The notes beneath the pieces were generated by a model. It saw only the letters and a program-made list of their open reading frames with translations, had not been told where the DNA came from and did not search any database. A stretch of 64,000 nucleotides of DNA. Origin: Eledone cirrhosa. Its lineage: Eukaryota. This document shows positions 25,318-36,599 of this stretch, in pieces. The number at the start of each line of letters is the position of its first letter. Position 1 is the stretch's first letter. The position numbers and the translations under genes were made by a program. The stretch is from assembly GCA_964016885.1 (NCBI GenBank), contig OZ024744.1:64170001-64234000 (forward strand), written 5' to 3'.

Positions 25318-28300
25318 ATCATCATCATCATCATCATCATCACGTTTAGCGTCTGTGTTCCACGCTTGCATGGGTTTGGACGTGGGGTTTTCCCACTTGA
25401 GGCAAGAGTGGTTGTCTTGCTCGCATAGGACTGTCTGGCGGGTTTTCTACAGTTGGATGCCCTTCCTAACACCAACCACATTTACAGTGTGGGGCTGGGA
25501 GGTTTTTACCGTGTTGCCTACACAGCCACATTACAGCGTGAACTGTCTGGCGGGTTTTCTACAGCTGGATGCCCTTCCTAACACCAACCACATTTACAGT
25601 GTGGGGCTGGGAGGTTTTTACCGTGTTGCCTACACGGCCACATTTACAGAGTGGACTGTGTGTTTTTTGTCGTGACACCTACACGATCTCATTTGTTTCG
25701 GCCTGGATGTTGTGGGACCAACATAACTGTACATTGAAAGGGGCGGTGTGGATGGGGTGGAGGTGGTGGGACGGGGGGGGGGGTGTTTTGATAGAGATGC
25801 CTACTGACTGTAGTAGGTTTTTACTTTGTATTTAGGTAAGGCGGGTCTTCTCTATTACTGAGTACCGCCAAAGGTCTCGGTCCAGTGACATTGTCTTGGA
25901 GAGGTGTAAGCGTGTGAGGTCGGAATTTATCAGCTCGTCCCATGTTTTTCTGGGTCTGCCTACTCCGTGGCTACCGTCTATCTTTATTGCCCTGCACTTT
26001 GTTATACAGCTGTCGTCTTTCATGCGCATCACGTGACCGTACCAACGTAGCCTTCTCTCGAGTAAACAACATCTGATCCCTCTTATTTCTAATTTTTTCC
26101 TTAGTTCGTTTATGCTTTGCCGTTCACGTATATTACTATTGCACATCCAGCGGAGCATGCAAGCTTCGTTCCTCTCTAGTCTGCGTATATCCTCTGCACA
26201 CAATGCCCAGGTCTCACTGCCATGCAGCATTGCTGTTCGTATGCAGGCATCGTATAACCTGCCTTTCATTTTTAGGGAGAACCCTCTAGCGGCTAATAGT
26301 GGTATAAGCTCTCTGAACTTTTTCCATCCAGTTCTGACTCTAGCTACTGTACTTTCAGAGCACCCTCCCCCACTGCTGATTTTGTCACCCAGGTAACGGA
26401 AGCTGTCCACTATTTCTATAGAACCCTCTGCGCAGTTGAAGGAGCTAGTATTTTGTGGGCACTTGCTACTTATTGCACCAGAGCACCGGCCACATGTAAA
26501 ATCTATGTTCTTAGTTAGCTTACCTGTGATCCCACTACATCTTTTATGCACCCATACTTTGCATTTGGGACATAAAATGGAGTTTCTACCTACGCCTTTC
26601 CTACACACTGAGCATGGCCATTTCCCAGATGGGACTGCCGCCTTATTTTCTTTCCTACAAACTAGAACTTTAGTCTTAGCCAGGTTAATTTTAAGGCCTT
26701 TTGATTCTAGGCCGTGCTTCCATGTTTGGAATTTCTTCTCTAGTTCGGTCATTGATTCAGCTATGAGCGTTAGATCATCTGCGTATAGGAGTTCCCATGG
26801 GCAGCCGGTCTTGAACTCCTCTGTTATAGCCTGAAGGGCAATAATAAATAGTAGGGGGCTAAGAACAGAGCCCTGATGGACACCAACTTTTACGCTAAAC
26901 ACTTCACTATATTCGTTGTTAATTCTAACCTTACTGTCTGTTTCTTTATACATGGCTTGTATAGCTCTCACAAGCCATTCGTCAACACCTAGTTTTCTAA
27001 GAGACCACCAGATAATGGAACGGGGGACTCTGTCGAAGGCTTTCTCCAAGTCGACGAAAGCTAAGTATAGGGGTTTACTTTTAGCTAGGTACTTCTCCTA
27101 TAGTTGTCGTACAATGAAAAGAGCGTCTGTGGTACTTTTGCCTGACACAAATCCGAACTGCATTTCATCTAGATCAATTCTCTCTCTGATTAGTTGCGCT
27201 ATTACTTTTTCCGTGACCTTCATGACCTGGTCGATTAATTTAATGCCTCTATAGTTACTCCTATCTAGGGCATCTCCTTTTCCCTTATAGCAGTTAACGA
27301 TGATGCTGCTACGCCAGTCCTTCGGAACAACCCCATTCTGTACGACTTGGTTAACTATCCGGGTGACCATGGTGTGTCCCACCGAACCAGATGCCTTCAG
27401 CATCTCAGCAACTATTTCCGAAGGACCAGTCGCCTTACCTGTCTTCATATCTTTGATTGCCTTGCTTATTATACTCCCCTGGACTAACACTGCTGGTCCC
27501 TCTATTGGGTCGATGTGGGGGAGACTGTCTTTCTCCCATTTGTTCTCCTCATTTAGAAGCCTTTCGTAGTGACACTTCCAAGCTACCTTCTTATCAGCGT
27601 CGGTGATGGCAAGTATGCCATCATCGTTAAGCACACACTTCTCCCCGACAATATCACGGTTTTCCTTGACACATTGCCTGGCAATCCTGAACACCTCACG
27701 TTTTTGGTCCTCACGTTGTAGAACATGCTTGAACTTTCTTTCCTCTGCTTCCCTTCTTGCGAAGTACACTTGTCTCCTAGCTTCCCTCCTGGCCACCTGA
27801 TAGTCTTCTCTACTTCCCCCCATCCCGCCATGCTTTCCAAGCCTGCTTTTTGGCCTTAATTGACTCCTCCACCTTACTGTTCCACCACCATGTTACTCTC
27901 CTCCTACCTACAGGCCTGCTCCAGCCACAGACTACGTCTGCCGCCGTCAGCAGGTTTGCTCTCAGGAATTCCCTCTGTTCCTCTATATTATACGACTCTA
28001 ATTGCTCTTCCTTACTGTCGAAAGCGTCAAGTAATATGCTTTGAAATTTATTTCTGGCTATGGGGTCCTTTAGCTTCCATATTTTTCTCCTGAGGATAGT
28101 CCTCTTCCGCTGTCTAGTACGTCTCGTCCTGACTATGAGGTCGCTAATTATCAGTCTATGTTGGGAGGTGAATCCTTCATGGGGGAGGGATTTAGTGTTA
28201 ACAACAGACACTCTGTCACGTCTTCTGGTAAGGATATAATCTACCTGGCTTGTGTGTTCCCCCGATCTATAGATGATCAAGTGATTGTCTCGTTTTTTGA

Positions 28301-28766
28301 AGTTAGTGTTACAGATAGTTAAGTTATTTGCGTCGCAGAATTCCAGGATTCTGGAGCCTTCCTCATTTCTAGTACCGAACCCATAGCCTCCATGGATTCC
28401 ATCATAGCCGTCACAATGCTGTCCAACGTGACCATTTAGGTCGCCTGCAATAACTATATAGTCACTGTCGGTTATTTGGGAGGTAGCGAGCATCAGTGTC
28501 TCGTAGAATCTGTCTTTTATAGCACCGGGCAGTCCGGATTGGGGTGCGTACGCAGATATTACTGTCACCGTAGTTTTATTGAGGACAAGTCTTATTTTAA
28601 TTATTCTGTCGTTCACTCTATTTACGTCTATTATCTTATCTGCCCACTTTTCTGCTACCATGATTCCTACCCCACCCAACCCATTGTCATTTCCCACCCA
28701 GAAAAGCTTATAGCATCGTTCTTTACCCACGATGAATCTAGCCGACCCTCCCCTCCACCTGGTCTC
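25318..28766 (-). mobile_element. Nearly intact RTE LINE (APE + RT + PHD-like finger), 5'-truncated
   Basis: ORFs 27810-28730 (SAYAPQ, GDLNGHVG), 27098-27823 and 25832-27049 (VHQGS, YADD) are separated only by a frameshift near 27815 and a TAG at 27098; 3'UTR repeats and (GAT)n tail. Confidence 0.97.
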
Positions 28767-28839
28767 TTAAATAATATATATGAATAATATATATGAGTAA
28801 TATATATGTAGTAATCGTTAAAATAGAAAAAAAGAAATT

Positions 28840-29770
28840 ATTCACTTTTATGGAATAGTTTATCATGATTAGTTTATTAACTTAACATAAATGGCAATAA
28901 GGAAACGAAAAATATAGAGTTAGAAAAGAAATTAAGCAATGAAAGAAAGGTCAAGTGAAGGTAGAAGGACAGACTGCACACCCCAATCTGGGAGGTGGTA
29001 TGTTTCAGCTGCGCACTGCAGACGAAATGGCAAAAGCATTGCTGCAGAGAATGGCCAGCAACACTTGCAGAGCTCCTTCTTTGTGTGGATTGCAGTCTCC
29101 ACAATTTTGTGGAGGAAAACAGTTGTTCGGGGACAGAGAATACTTACAGTTTTGACAGCAACCAGCGTGAAAAGGAAGCAGTCGATCAAGCTCTGGTATT
29201 TGGTTATCTTCTTCCTCTCTGTGTTGTTAGCAGTAGTGCCTGGGTTTGTGGCTGAAGTGACACGGCTGAAGGTGGAGAATGAGTCACAGCATGTAGCATC
29301 ACAGATTAGGGCTTTACCTCCCTTGAATGGAAAGAAGGTTATTCTGTCGAAGTACTTATCATCACCACAGTCAAGGTTTGCTGGCTCCAGTTGTGATGGG
29401 AAGCTGGTTGTGCTGGGGCTCCTTTTGATGATGTCATTCATAGCAGTATGTTGGGGGAACTGGGTTGCACTATGGCTAAATGATAGTGGGTGAGGACTGA
29501 ACCTGTCAACAATGGCACCGAATTTTGCTGCTAGGTAGGTGAGACAGAATTGATCCAAGGAAGACTCAATCTACCTGAAGGAAAACCTTCACTAATATTG
29601 TTCCAGTTAGGTTGGACATCAGCATACTGGGGCATGGCGAGGCCTTCGTTGATCCAATCATCTAGAGCTGACTCTAGTTCACGGTCCACATCTGGTTCTG
29701 CTGTTACCTTGTGAAAGACCTCACTGATGAGGATGTAACTGAAGGAGATCGGAGATAGGTAGGCTACTGG
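28840..29770 (-). mobile_element. CRE-like (RLE) retrotransposon 3' fragment
   Basis: QHTAMNDIIKR..LEPANL..DRITFFPFKGGKALICDATCCDSF: degenerate RH / PDG / WD restriction-like endonuclease. Confidence 0.8.
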
Positions 29771-29879
29771 TACTCTATTTTTTTAATTTTGTATTGTTCT
29801 GTCAAAGCTATAGGAGAGCAGCAATAAAATGGGTGTATTTTTTAATCTTTCAAACGTTCTTGATACACCTATGTCAAAA

Positions 29880-30480
29880 ATCTTTCATACCATTGGAAAA
29901 TTTATTTTGATTGTCAAATAGTTAGAGACTTTGCACCCAAAGTCAATATTTTCAAATGGAAAGTTTTATGATTTAATGTCTAAATTCATTTCAAGGATAC
30001 AAAATTTTACCAAGCACAGACAATGCAAAATTGGATAGTAAGTCTAAGATTCTACACTGATCTACTATTTCTATCTGAAACAGCAAATCTATATTTTCGA
30101 ATTCATTTAACATAGATCTTATAAATGATATATAAAGTTTATTAATTGTATCAGAGTAATTAGCATGTAAAACCCTTTCAAAATAATTGTCACAACTAAT
30201 AGATGACAATTGAAAATGTAATCTTAATACATCCTACTAGCAAAGAATTCTTTTTACACAATTACATAGTTCTCACTAATGATCTTATTGCTGAAAGGGG
30301 GATGAATTTTCATTGTTACCTCACTATTGCTGTTTAATTTGTATATTTTCATGTAAGATTATCTTCATATTAGCAGGCTTTTCAGAAATGTACAAAGTTC
30401 TGAATAATATATTGATATCATCAATGATATTAATTTAAGGGAAATTTTATAGTGGTATCCTAATATTTTGGAATATTGAA
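29880..30480 (-). mobile_element. Possible old DNA transposase fossil
   Basis: ORF 29991-30209 (KLYISFIRSMLNEFENIDLLFQIE..D) resembles a hAT-like transposase helical region; weak. Confidence 0.35.
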
Positions 30481-30619
30481 AAATGACATATTTTTCCATA
30501 TATATTAAATATTTGCAAAAAGAATAATAATCTAGTTAAAAACAATTTTCCTGTTTTTCTGTTCAGAATTAGATTAAACTTGTATCTTATTACTTTTGTA
30601 GTGTTGTGTTTTCTACCAG

Positions 30620-31865
30620 ATCAGGTGATGGTGACTTTATAATCACGCCTGGAGATTTCAATGGTCATGTTGGGCAACACTATGTGGGCAACCTTTGTGT
30701 CCACAGAGGTTTTGGATTCAGTACAAAAAATGAGGAGGAATTGAGGCTCCTGGAGATTTGTGATGCTAATGGTCTGACCATCTGCTACACAAATTTGAAA
30801 AAAAAAAAAAAAAAAAAAAAAAAATAGTATCTAGCCACTTGATTACCTACAAGTCAGGCAAGCACAAAAGCCAGATTGATTTTATCCTCATCAGAAACCA
30901 AGACAAATTGTTGTAAACACAAAGGCTCTCCCTAGAGACAACATAAGTTAGTGATAAGTGACTTTAGAATTAGAGTTAGGCAAACTCAGTGACAGAAAGA
31001 AGCAAGCTGGAAGAGAAAGACATGGAAGCTGAGGGAGCCCTCAGTTGGTGACAAATTTAGGCATGTTCTGATTGACACTTGAGGCTAAGGAAGATGAGTT
31101 AGAGACTATCAGCATAGAAGAACAGTGGAGGGTCCTGTGGGATAACCTGATGAAGGCTTCTGATGAGGTCTGTGGTTGATGTAAGGCCCCAGGATGATAT
31201 AGAGTGGCAAAGTGATGGAATAGAAAGGTAGATGATGGAATAGAAAGGAATGGCTAGTAAGGGTAGTCAGGCCATGTACAGAGGTGCAGTCAGTAAAGTT
31301 AGAATCCACATTGAACATAGTGATGAATTTAGTGTGTAGGTAGGACTCAGCCCCCTCTTGTTTATTTATTGTCCTTCAGGCAATAACAGAGGAGTCTAAA
31401 ACTGGCTGCCCATGGGAACTCCTATATGCTGATGATCTAGTCCTTATAACTGAAGCTGCAGTAGAACTAAAGAAATTCCAGACATGGAAGCACACCTTGA
31501 ATAAAAAAAAAAGCCTCAGAGTCAACCTAGCAAAGGGAAAATGGCCTTGCTCTGTATGCAGGAAAGGAGAAGGTAAAAATTCCATCTTATGTACAAAATG
31601 TAAGCTTTGGGTACACAAAGGATGTAATGAGTTTGCAGCTGGGCTAGCAAAGACTATAGGCTATGTATGTAGCTAATGGATAGGAGCAGTCAGCAACAAG
31701 AGCACATCAAATGCTCAGAGGGCTCCCTAGAAATAGTCAACTGCTTTTGCTCTCTAGGGAACTAAATTAGCAGAGGGGTTGAGTGTTCTAAAAGTACAGT
31801 AGCCAGGACCAGTTGGAAAAAGTTCAGGGAGCTACTTTCACTGGTAGTTATGAAGGGTCTCCTTC
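30620..31865 (+). mobile_element. Deleted, degenerate RTE LINE
   Basis: Relics GDFNGHVG, TGCPWELLYADDL and WPCSVCRKG. Confidence 0.85.
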
Positions 31866-31954
31866 CCTCCTCCTATCTCTCTCACTCTCTCTCTCTCTCT
31901 TGATCTATTTTAAACGCCACCTTTTTCTAATTTTTCCATAACTGCATTAAAAAA

Positions 31955-32210
31955 AAATTGAAATGTGTGCATCTCAAAGCAAATGATTAAAATAGTAGTC
32001 GATCATTATAAATAATAGTTGAGAAAGCCAGGTGCCAGGTAAAGTACCTCTGGAGATAGAAAAAAGTGAACAGAGGCACTTTCCTTGCAGGCACATCTGT
32101 CCACATTATTCTGTCTCCAGAGGTACTTCACCTAATTTTCCCAACTATTATTTATAGTGATTAACAGTTGTTATGGTTATTTGTGTTGGGATGCAAACAT
32201 TTTAAATTTA
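31955..32210. repeat. Long imperfect palindrome (fold-back/MITE-like)
   Basis: ATAAATAATAGTTG..AGGTAAAGTACCTCTGGAGATAGAA pairs with TTCTGTCTCCAGAGGTACTTCACCT..CAACTATTATTTAT. Confidence 0.75.
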
Positions 32211-32434
32211 AATTTAAAACCTTTTTTTTTCTTTTAAGGCCTCTTTATTGTAACTATAAAAACAAATATCATTTCCAATAAAATATAAACTCATGACTAC
32301 TATCTACTAAACTATTGTGCCAAACATTTTGGAGCCATCATCATCGTTGTCATCATCATCATTATCAGCATCATCGTCATCGTTTTTACGTTCACTTTTC
32401 CATGCTTGCATGGGTTGGACAAATACGTATTGCT

Positions 32435-32506
32435 TAGCAGAGAGTAGTTTCAATTTATAGACCTCTGGGTTATGGGCCAATGATACTTTCACTACGCCAC
32501 TCTGCT
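32435..32506 (-). pseudogene. Initiator tRNA-Met pseudogene
   Basis: Minus strand AGCAGAGTGGCGTAGTGAAAGTATCATTGGCCCATAACCCAGAGGTCTATAAATTGAAACTACTCTCTGCTA (72 nt) aligns to eukaryotic tRNA-iMet with CAT anticodon; D and T arms are damaged. Confidence 0.85.
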
Positions 32507-33176
32507 CACAACTATAAAATAAATCAATCAATCAAGTCCCTGTAACTGTTGCAGTCTGACTTTGAATTGTCATTCTAGACGTTTGACTGTGTCCATCATA
32601 GCTTTTCAGTAGGCCTTAGATCGACTGTGCCTATCTCCTCTCAAAATGTCACCAGTCCTTTACTAAATTTAGCCTGTCTGTAGAAGTACTTACTAGGGTT
32701 TGACTGGAAAATGCCCTGGAGTAAGAGCTAGAAGTAATAGTCAGGTGAGAATTCGTGCAACAGTCCATTCCTACGATCCCACTGTTAGACATCAATGTAT
32801 TCTCATTACCTGAACACCTGGATTTTGTGATCAGGGATAACAGTATGTCTGGTATGGTAATAAGGTTTTTTTCAAATCACATCACTCCATTGTCGTCGTC
32901 GTTTAACGTCCATTTTTTCACACTGGCATGGGTTAGACAAGTTATCCTGTCAGGTTAGACAAGTTATGCCAGGTCAGGTGAACATGTCATGCCTATACAG
33001 AACAGATTTTGGCTTGGTTTGTACATGTGTATGCCCTTCCTAGCATTCACTCTTTTTTAACCCTTTAGCATTTAAACCGGCCATATCCAGCCAGAATTTT
33101 CTCACCTCTTTCTGTTCAAACTGCCTGTAACTTGCCACTTATACTGATGTTAAGGTATTGTTTTCAAAATAAATAA

Positions 33177-33851
33177 TGTAACAAATAAGTGGAATTCAGT
33201 TGTAATGGATAGATGGAATTGTTGGTATGATGGTTTCAATGCAAAGAATAATACCAGGATTGTGTTGTTACAATGTTTATTTTATTATAACAATATTCAA
33301 TTTGAATATTGAATGATAAAATCTATAACATGAAATATTCGTACAATAAGTTGGTGGCTATTCGAGCCACGTAAATACAAGTATCACAGAATACGGTTAT
33401 AATATAATTTGTATTGTATCTGAAAGATACAATGTGACAGACAGAAATGGTGCATGTGAAATGAAAACAGTGTGACCTTACTATGTGTGTGTGTGTGCGT
33501 ATTAGTATACTTTCTTGTTTTAGCAGTAGTAGTAATCAATCAGCCAGGCGGGAAAGGCGTGTGAGAAATTAGTGGGCAGACTGGGTTTTTGTGACAAGAG
33601 TGTGTAAATGTGACCTGTCTTGTCTGTAGTCTCACTTTTTCTGCCGGGTATAAACAACCCTTGTATTTAGAAGGGTTGAAGTTAGAGGGATAGATATATC
33701 CTCTGACCTCTTTTCTGCCAGGCGTAAACAACCTCTGACCTGTGGTTAGCATCTCCCAAGGGATTGGTCTGCTGGGCGTAAACAACTAACCACGGCTTGT
33801 CCCAGAGGTGGAAAAGCTCAGATTCGGTTTCAAACCTTTGCCGCCATTATA
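33177..33851 (-). mobile_element. Probable solo LTR inserted in a piggyBac-type MITE
   Basis: TGTAAC...ATTATA ends (decayed TG..CA), ATAA on both sides, interrupts the MITE starting at 33061; AATAAA on the minus strand near 33280. Confidence 0.6.
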
Positions 33852-33932
33852 ATAATAATATCAAAATCTCATAGCATAGATTTGATATTATGTGAGATAT
33901 TATGCAAGATAAAGCCTTTACCATGAAAATAT

Positions 33933-34098
33933 AATTGTTTCTACTTCTGGCACAAGGCCAGCAATTGTCCCAGTGTATTACTGGTACTTTATTTTATCGA
34001 CCCCGTAAGGATGAAAGGCAAAGTTAATCTTGGTGGGATTTGAACTCTGACCGTAACTCTTTGCTGAAAAGCATGACGTCCGGCTCTCTACTGATACT
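33933..34098 (-). mobile_element. SINE family A
   Basis: Same consensus as the other family A copies. Confidence 0.85.
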
Positions 34099-35257
34099 AT
34101 GAAAATATAATAGTAAATATAAAGTAAAGTAAATACTAAAGGAACAGTGGGTAATGGACATCCGGCTTTGAAATAAAATAGATACTAGCTGTTTTGGGGT
34201 CATATAAATGAACTGTTTCTGCATTCAAAATCTAATGCTTTGAACTTAAGTTAGAAATCATCATCATCATCATCACCACCATCTAACATCTATTTTCCAT
34301 GCTTGCATATGTTAAATGGGTTATTTTGCATTGCTTGTTAGTTTATTAATAAGTGAAAAACTGGTAGGGTGGGAATCTTACTATTAACTGCTTGTTTGAA
34401 GAAACAGGTTGAATCCATGATAGAAAGAGTTTGTAGTAGTAGTAGTAGTAGTAGGTGGAAAGAAAGAGAGAGAGAGAGGGGCAAAGCAGTAACTCTGATT
34501 GAATCTTAGGCAATCAGTTGGGTTTTTCTATAGAATGTTAGTGTCGTGTGATTATCATTACGTCATTGTCCCAGACAGATATCATAACAGTACTCTAATC
34601 TGGGTCACACTTAAGCTCTGTAGAATGTTTACAACTGAAAAGTACTCTACGATTTATATATAAACACATACATGCACACAGACACATATATATCACAACT
34701 CTAAAACATAATAATAATGAAACTCATATGCACATTATACATAAACATATTGTAAATACTTACTTTCATATACACCCTATGAGGACTCATGCTATGTTAG
34801 TGCCACTCATAATTACCTCTAACCAGTCAAATTCACACTATATGCAAATGAACAGCTCCAGCTGATGTTTATTTGCACAATATGCAAATGAGCATCACCA
34901 ACAAATGTTTCACTCACAAAAACCATATAGGCTTTAGTCTATTCTTATGCCAGTAACAAGGGAATAAATGAAACCAATGACAGACAAAAGTCAAGAGACA
35001 GCTGGCTGGCATCCTCACCACTATTATAATAGCTAGGACATGATCACAGCTTAAAAGAAAAAAATTTCATAGCATGCCAAATCTCTCTTATGGTTCATTT
35101 AAAATAAACATATCATATATGCTTTCATATACACCCCTATGACAGACTATGTTATGTTAACACCACTCCTAAATATATACATAAATTTATATCTATATAT
35201 ATATATAGAGAGAGAGAGAAAAGGTGAAGTTGGAAATAGCATGGAAAATATATTTAA

Positions 35258-35477
35258 CCCTTTAGCATCCACATTACTCCATATATACTATTATATTTTC
35301 ATGGTAAATGCTTTATCTCACATAATTATCTCACATAATATTGTATCTATGAGATTTTGAAAGTATTTATTTTGAGAACAATACCTTAACATCAGTTTGA
35401 GTGACCAGTTACAGCCAGTTTCAACAGAAAAAGGTGGAGAATTCTGGCTGGTTTTGGCCGGTTTGAACATTAAAGGG
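35258..35477. mobile_element. piggyBac-type MITE
   Basis: TTAA|CCCTTTAGCAT...AAAGGG|TTAA. Confidence 0.8.
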
Positions 35478-36599
35478 TTAAGGGTCTGATTTTCTTTTTT
35501 TATCCTTTCTTTGATTCGTCAAAGTGACATTATTGAAAAAATGACATTATTGAAAAAATGAGAGGGACAATTCTTTTAAAAAGATTTATAATGTATATAA
35601 AGTATATAAAGTATTACCAGTTTCGATATATTATTAAAATTCATCTTATCAAATGTTGAGTATTGAAATAAAAAATTAAAAAGAATTAATAGGAGTTAGA
35701 AACTAAAAATTAAAGATTTAAAATTAAAATCAAATGTTGGAGTAAGTTTTTTCTCATCTTTCTTGCTCAAAATTTGACTGGAGAATGAGTTCTTGCTAAT
35801 AGAGAGGTGGTAGTGAAGATAGCAGCAGCTGTGTTTCTTCACAGAACAAAGTTGTTTTTTTGGGGGGGTGGGGGGCAAATGAAACATCCTGTAAATATGT
35901 ATGTGTATCTGATTGTGTTAATTGACTGGTCAAGAGTTCAAAAGGGAATTGTAAGCTAGAGGTAAATTCTATGGCAGCAGCAGGAGTGTAAGAGAAATTC
36001 TATTATTGGAATATGGTTTCAGAGAGTGTGTGTATAGTGTGAGGGTGTATATATATCAATACACACCTGTGTGTGTGTTTTTTTTCAGCCTGACTGTCAC
36101 AGTCCCTTTAGCAATACACACATGTGTGTGTGGTGGTGGTGGTGGTGGTGTGTGTGTGTGTGTGTGTTTTTCAGTCTGTCTGTCACAGATTCCTTTGTGG
36201 TGGGAAATTTAAAAAAAAATTTTCTTCAAAGTTCAAATAAATTCCCAAAACTTAAAGGTTCCTTCAAAATTGTGGTGTGTGTGTGTGTGTTTTTCCGTCT
36301 GTCACAGGTCTCTTTGTGGTGGGAAATTAAAAAAAATTTTCAAAATTCAAAATAACTTTTCAAAAAATAAAAAAATAAAATTTTATTTCAAAATCCAAAG
36401 GATTCTCAAAATCTAAAAATAAAAAAAAACTTAAAAAAACCCAGAGTAGAGTATCAGTAGTGGCTCTCGGACAGTAACTTTTGGAATGAGTAATTTTTTC
36501 TCTCTTATTTTGTGGTGTGTGTGTATATATATATTACTACAAAAATACCACAGTAGCCTAACCACATGAATTTGAATACATAAGCTTTTTCAAATGTAT

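Noticed and set aside
32435-32506. Functional tRNA-iMet gene
   Set aside because: Multiple substitutions disrupt the D arm, T arm and B box.
35696-35890. Possible minus-strand exon after a tttacag acceptor
   Set aside because: No recognisable protein similarity and no matching partner exon.
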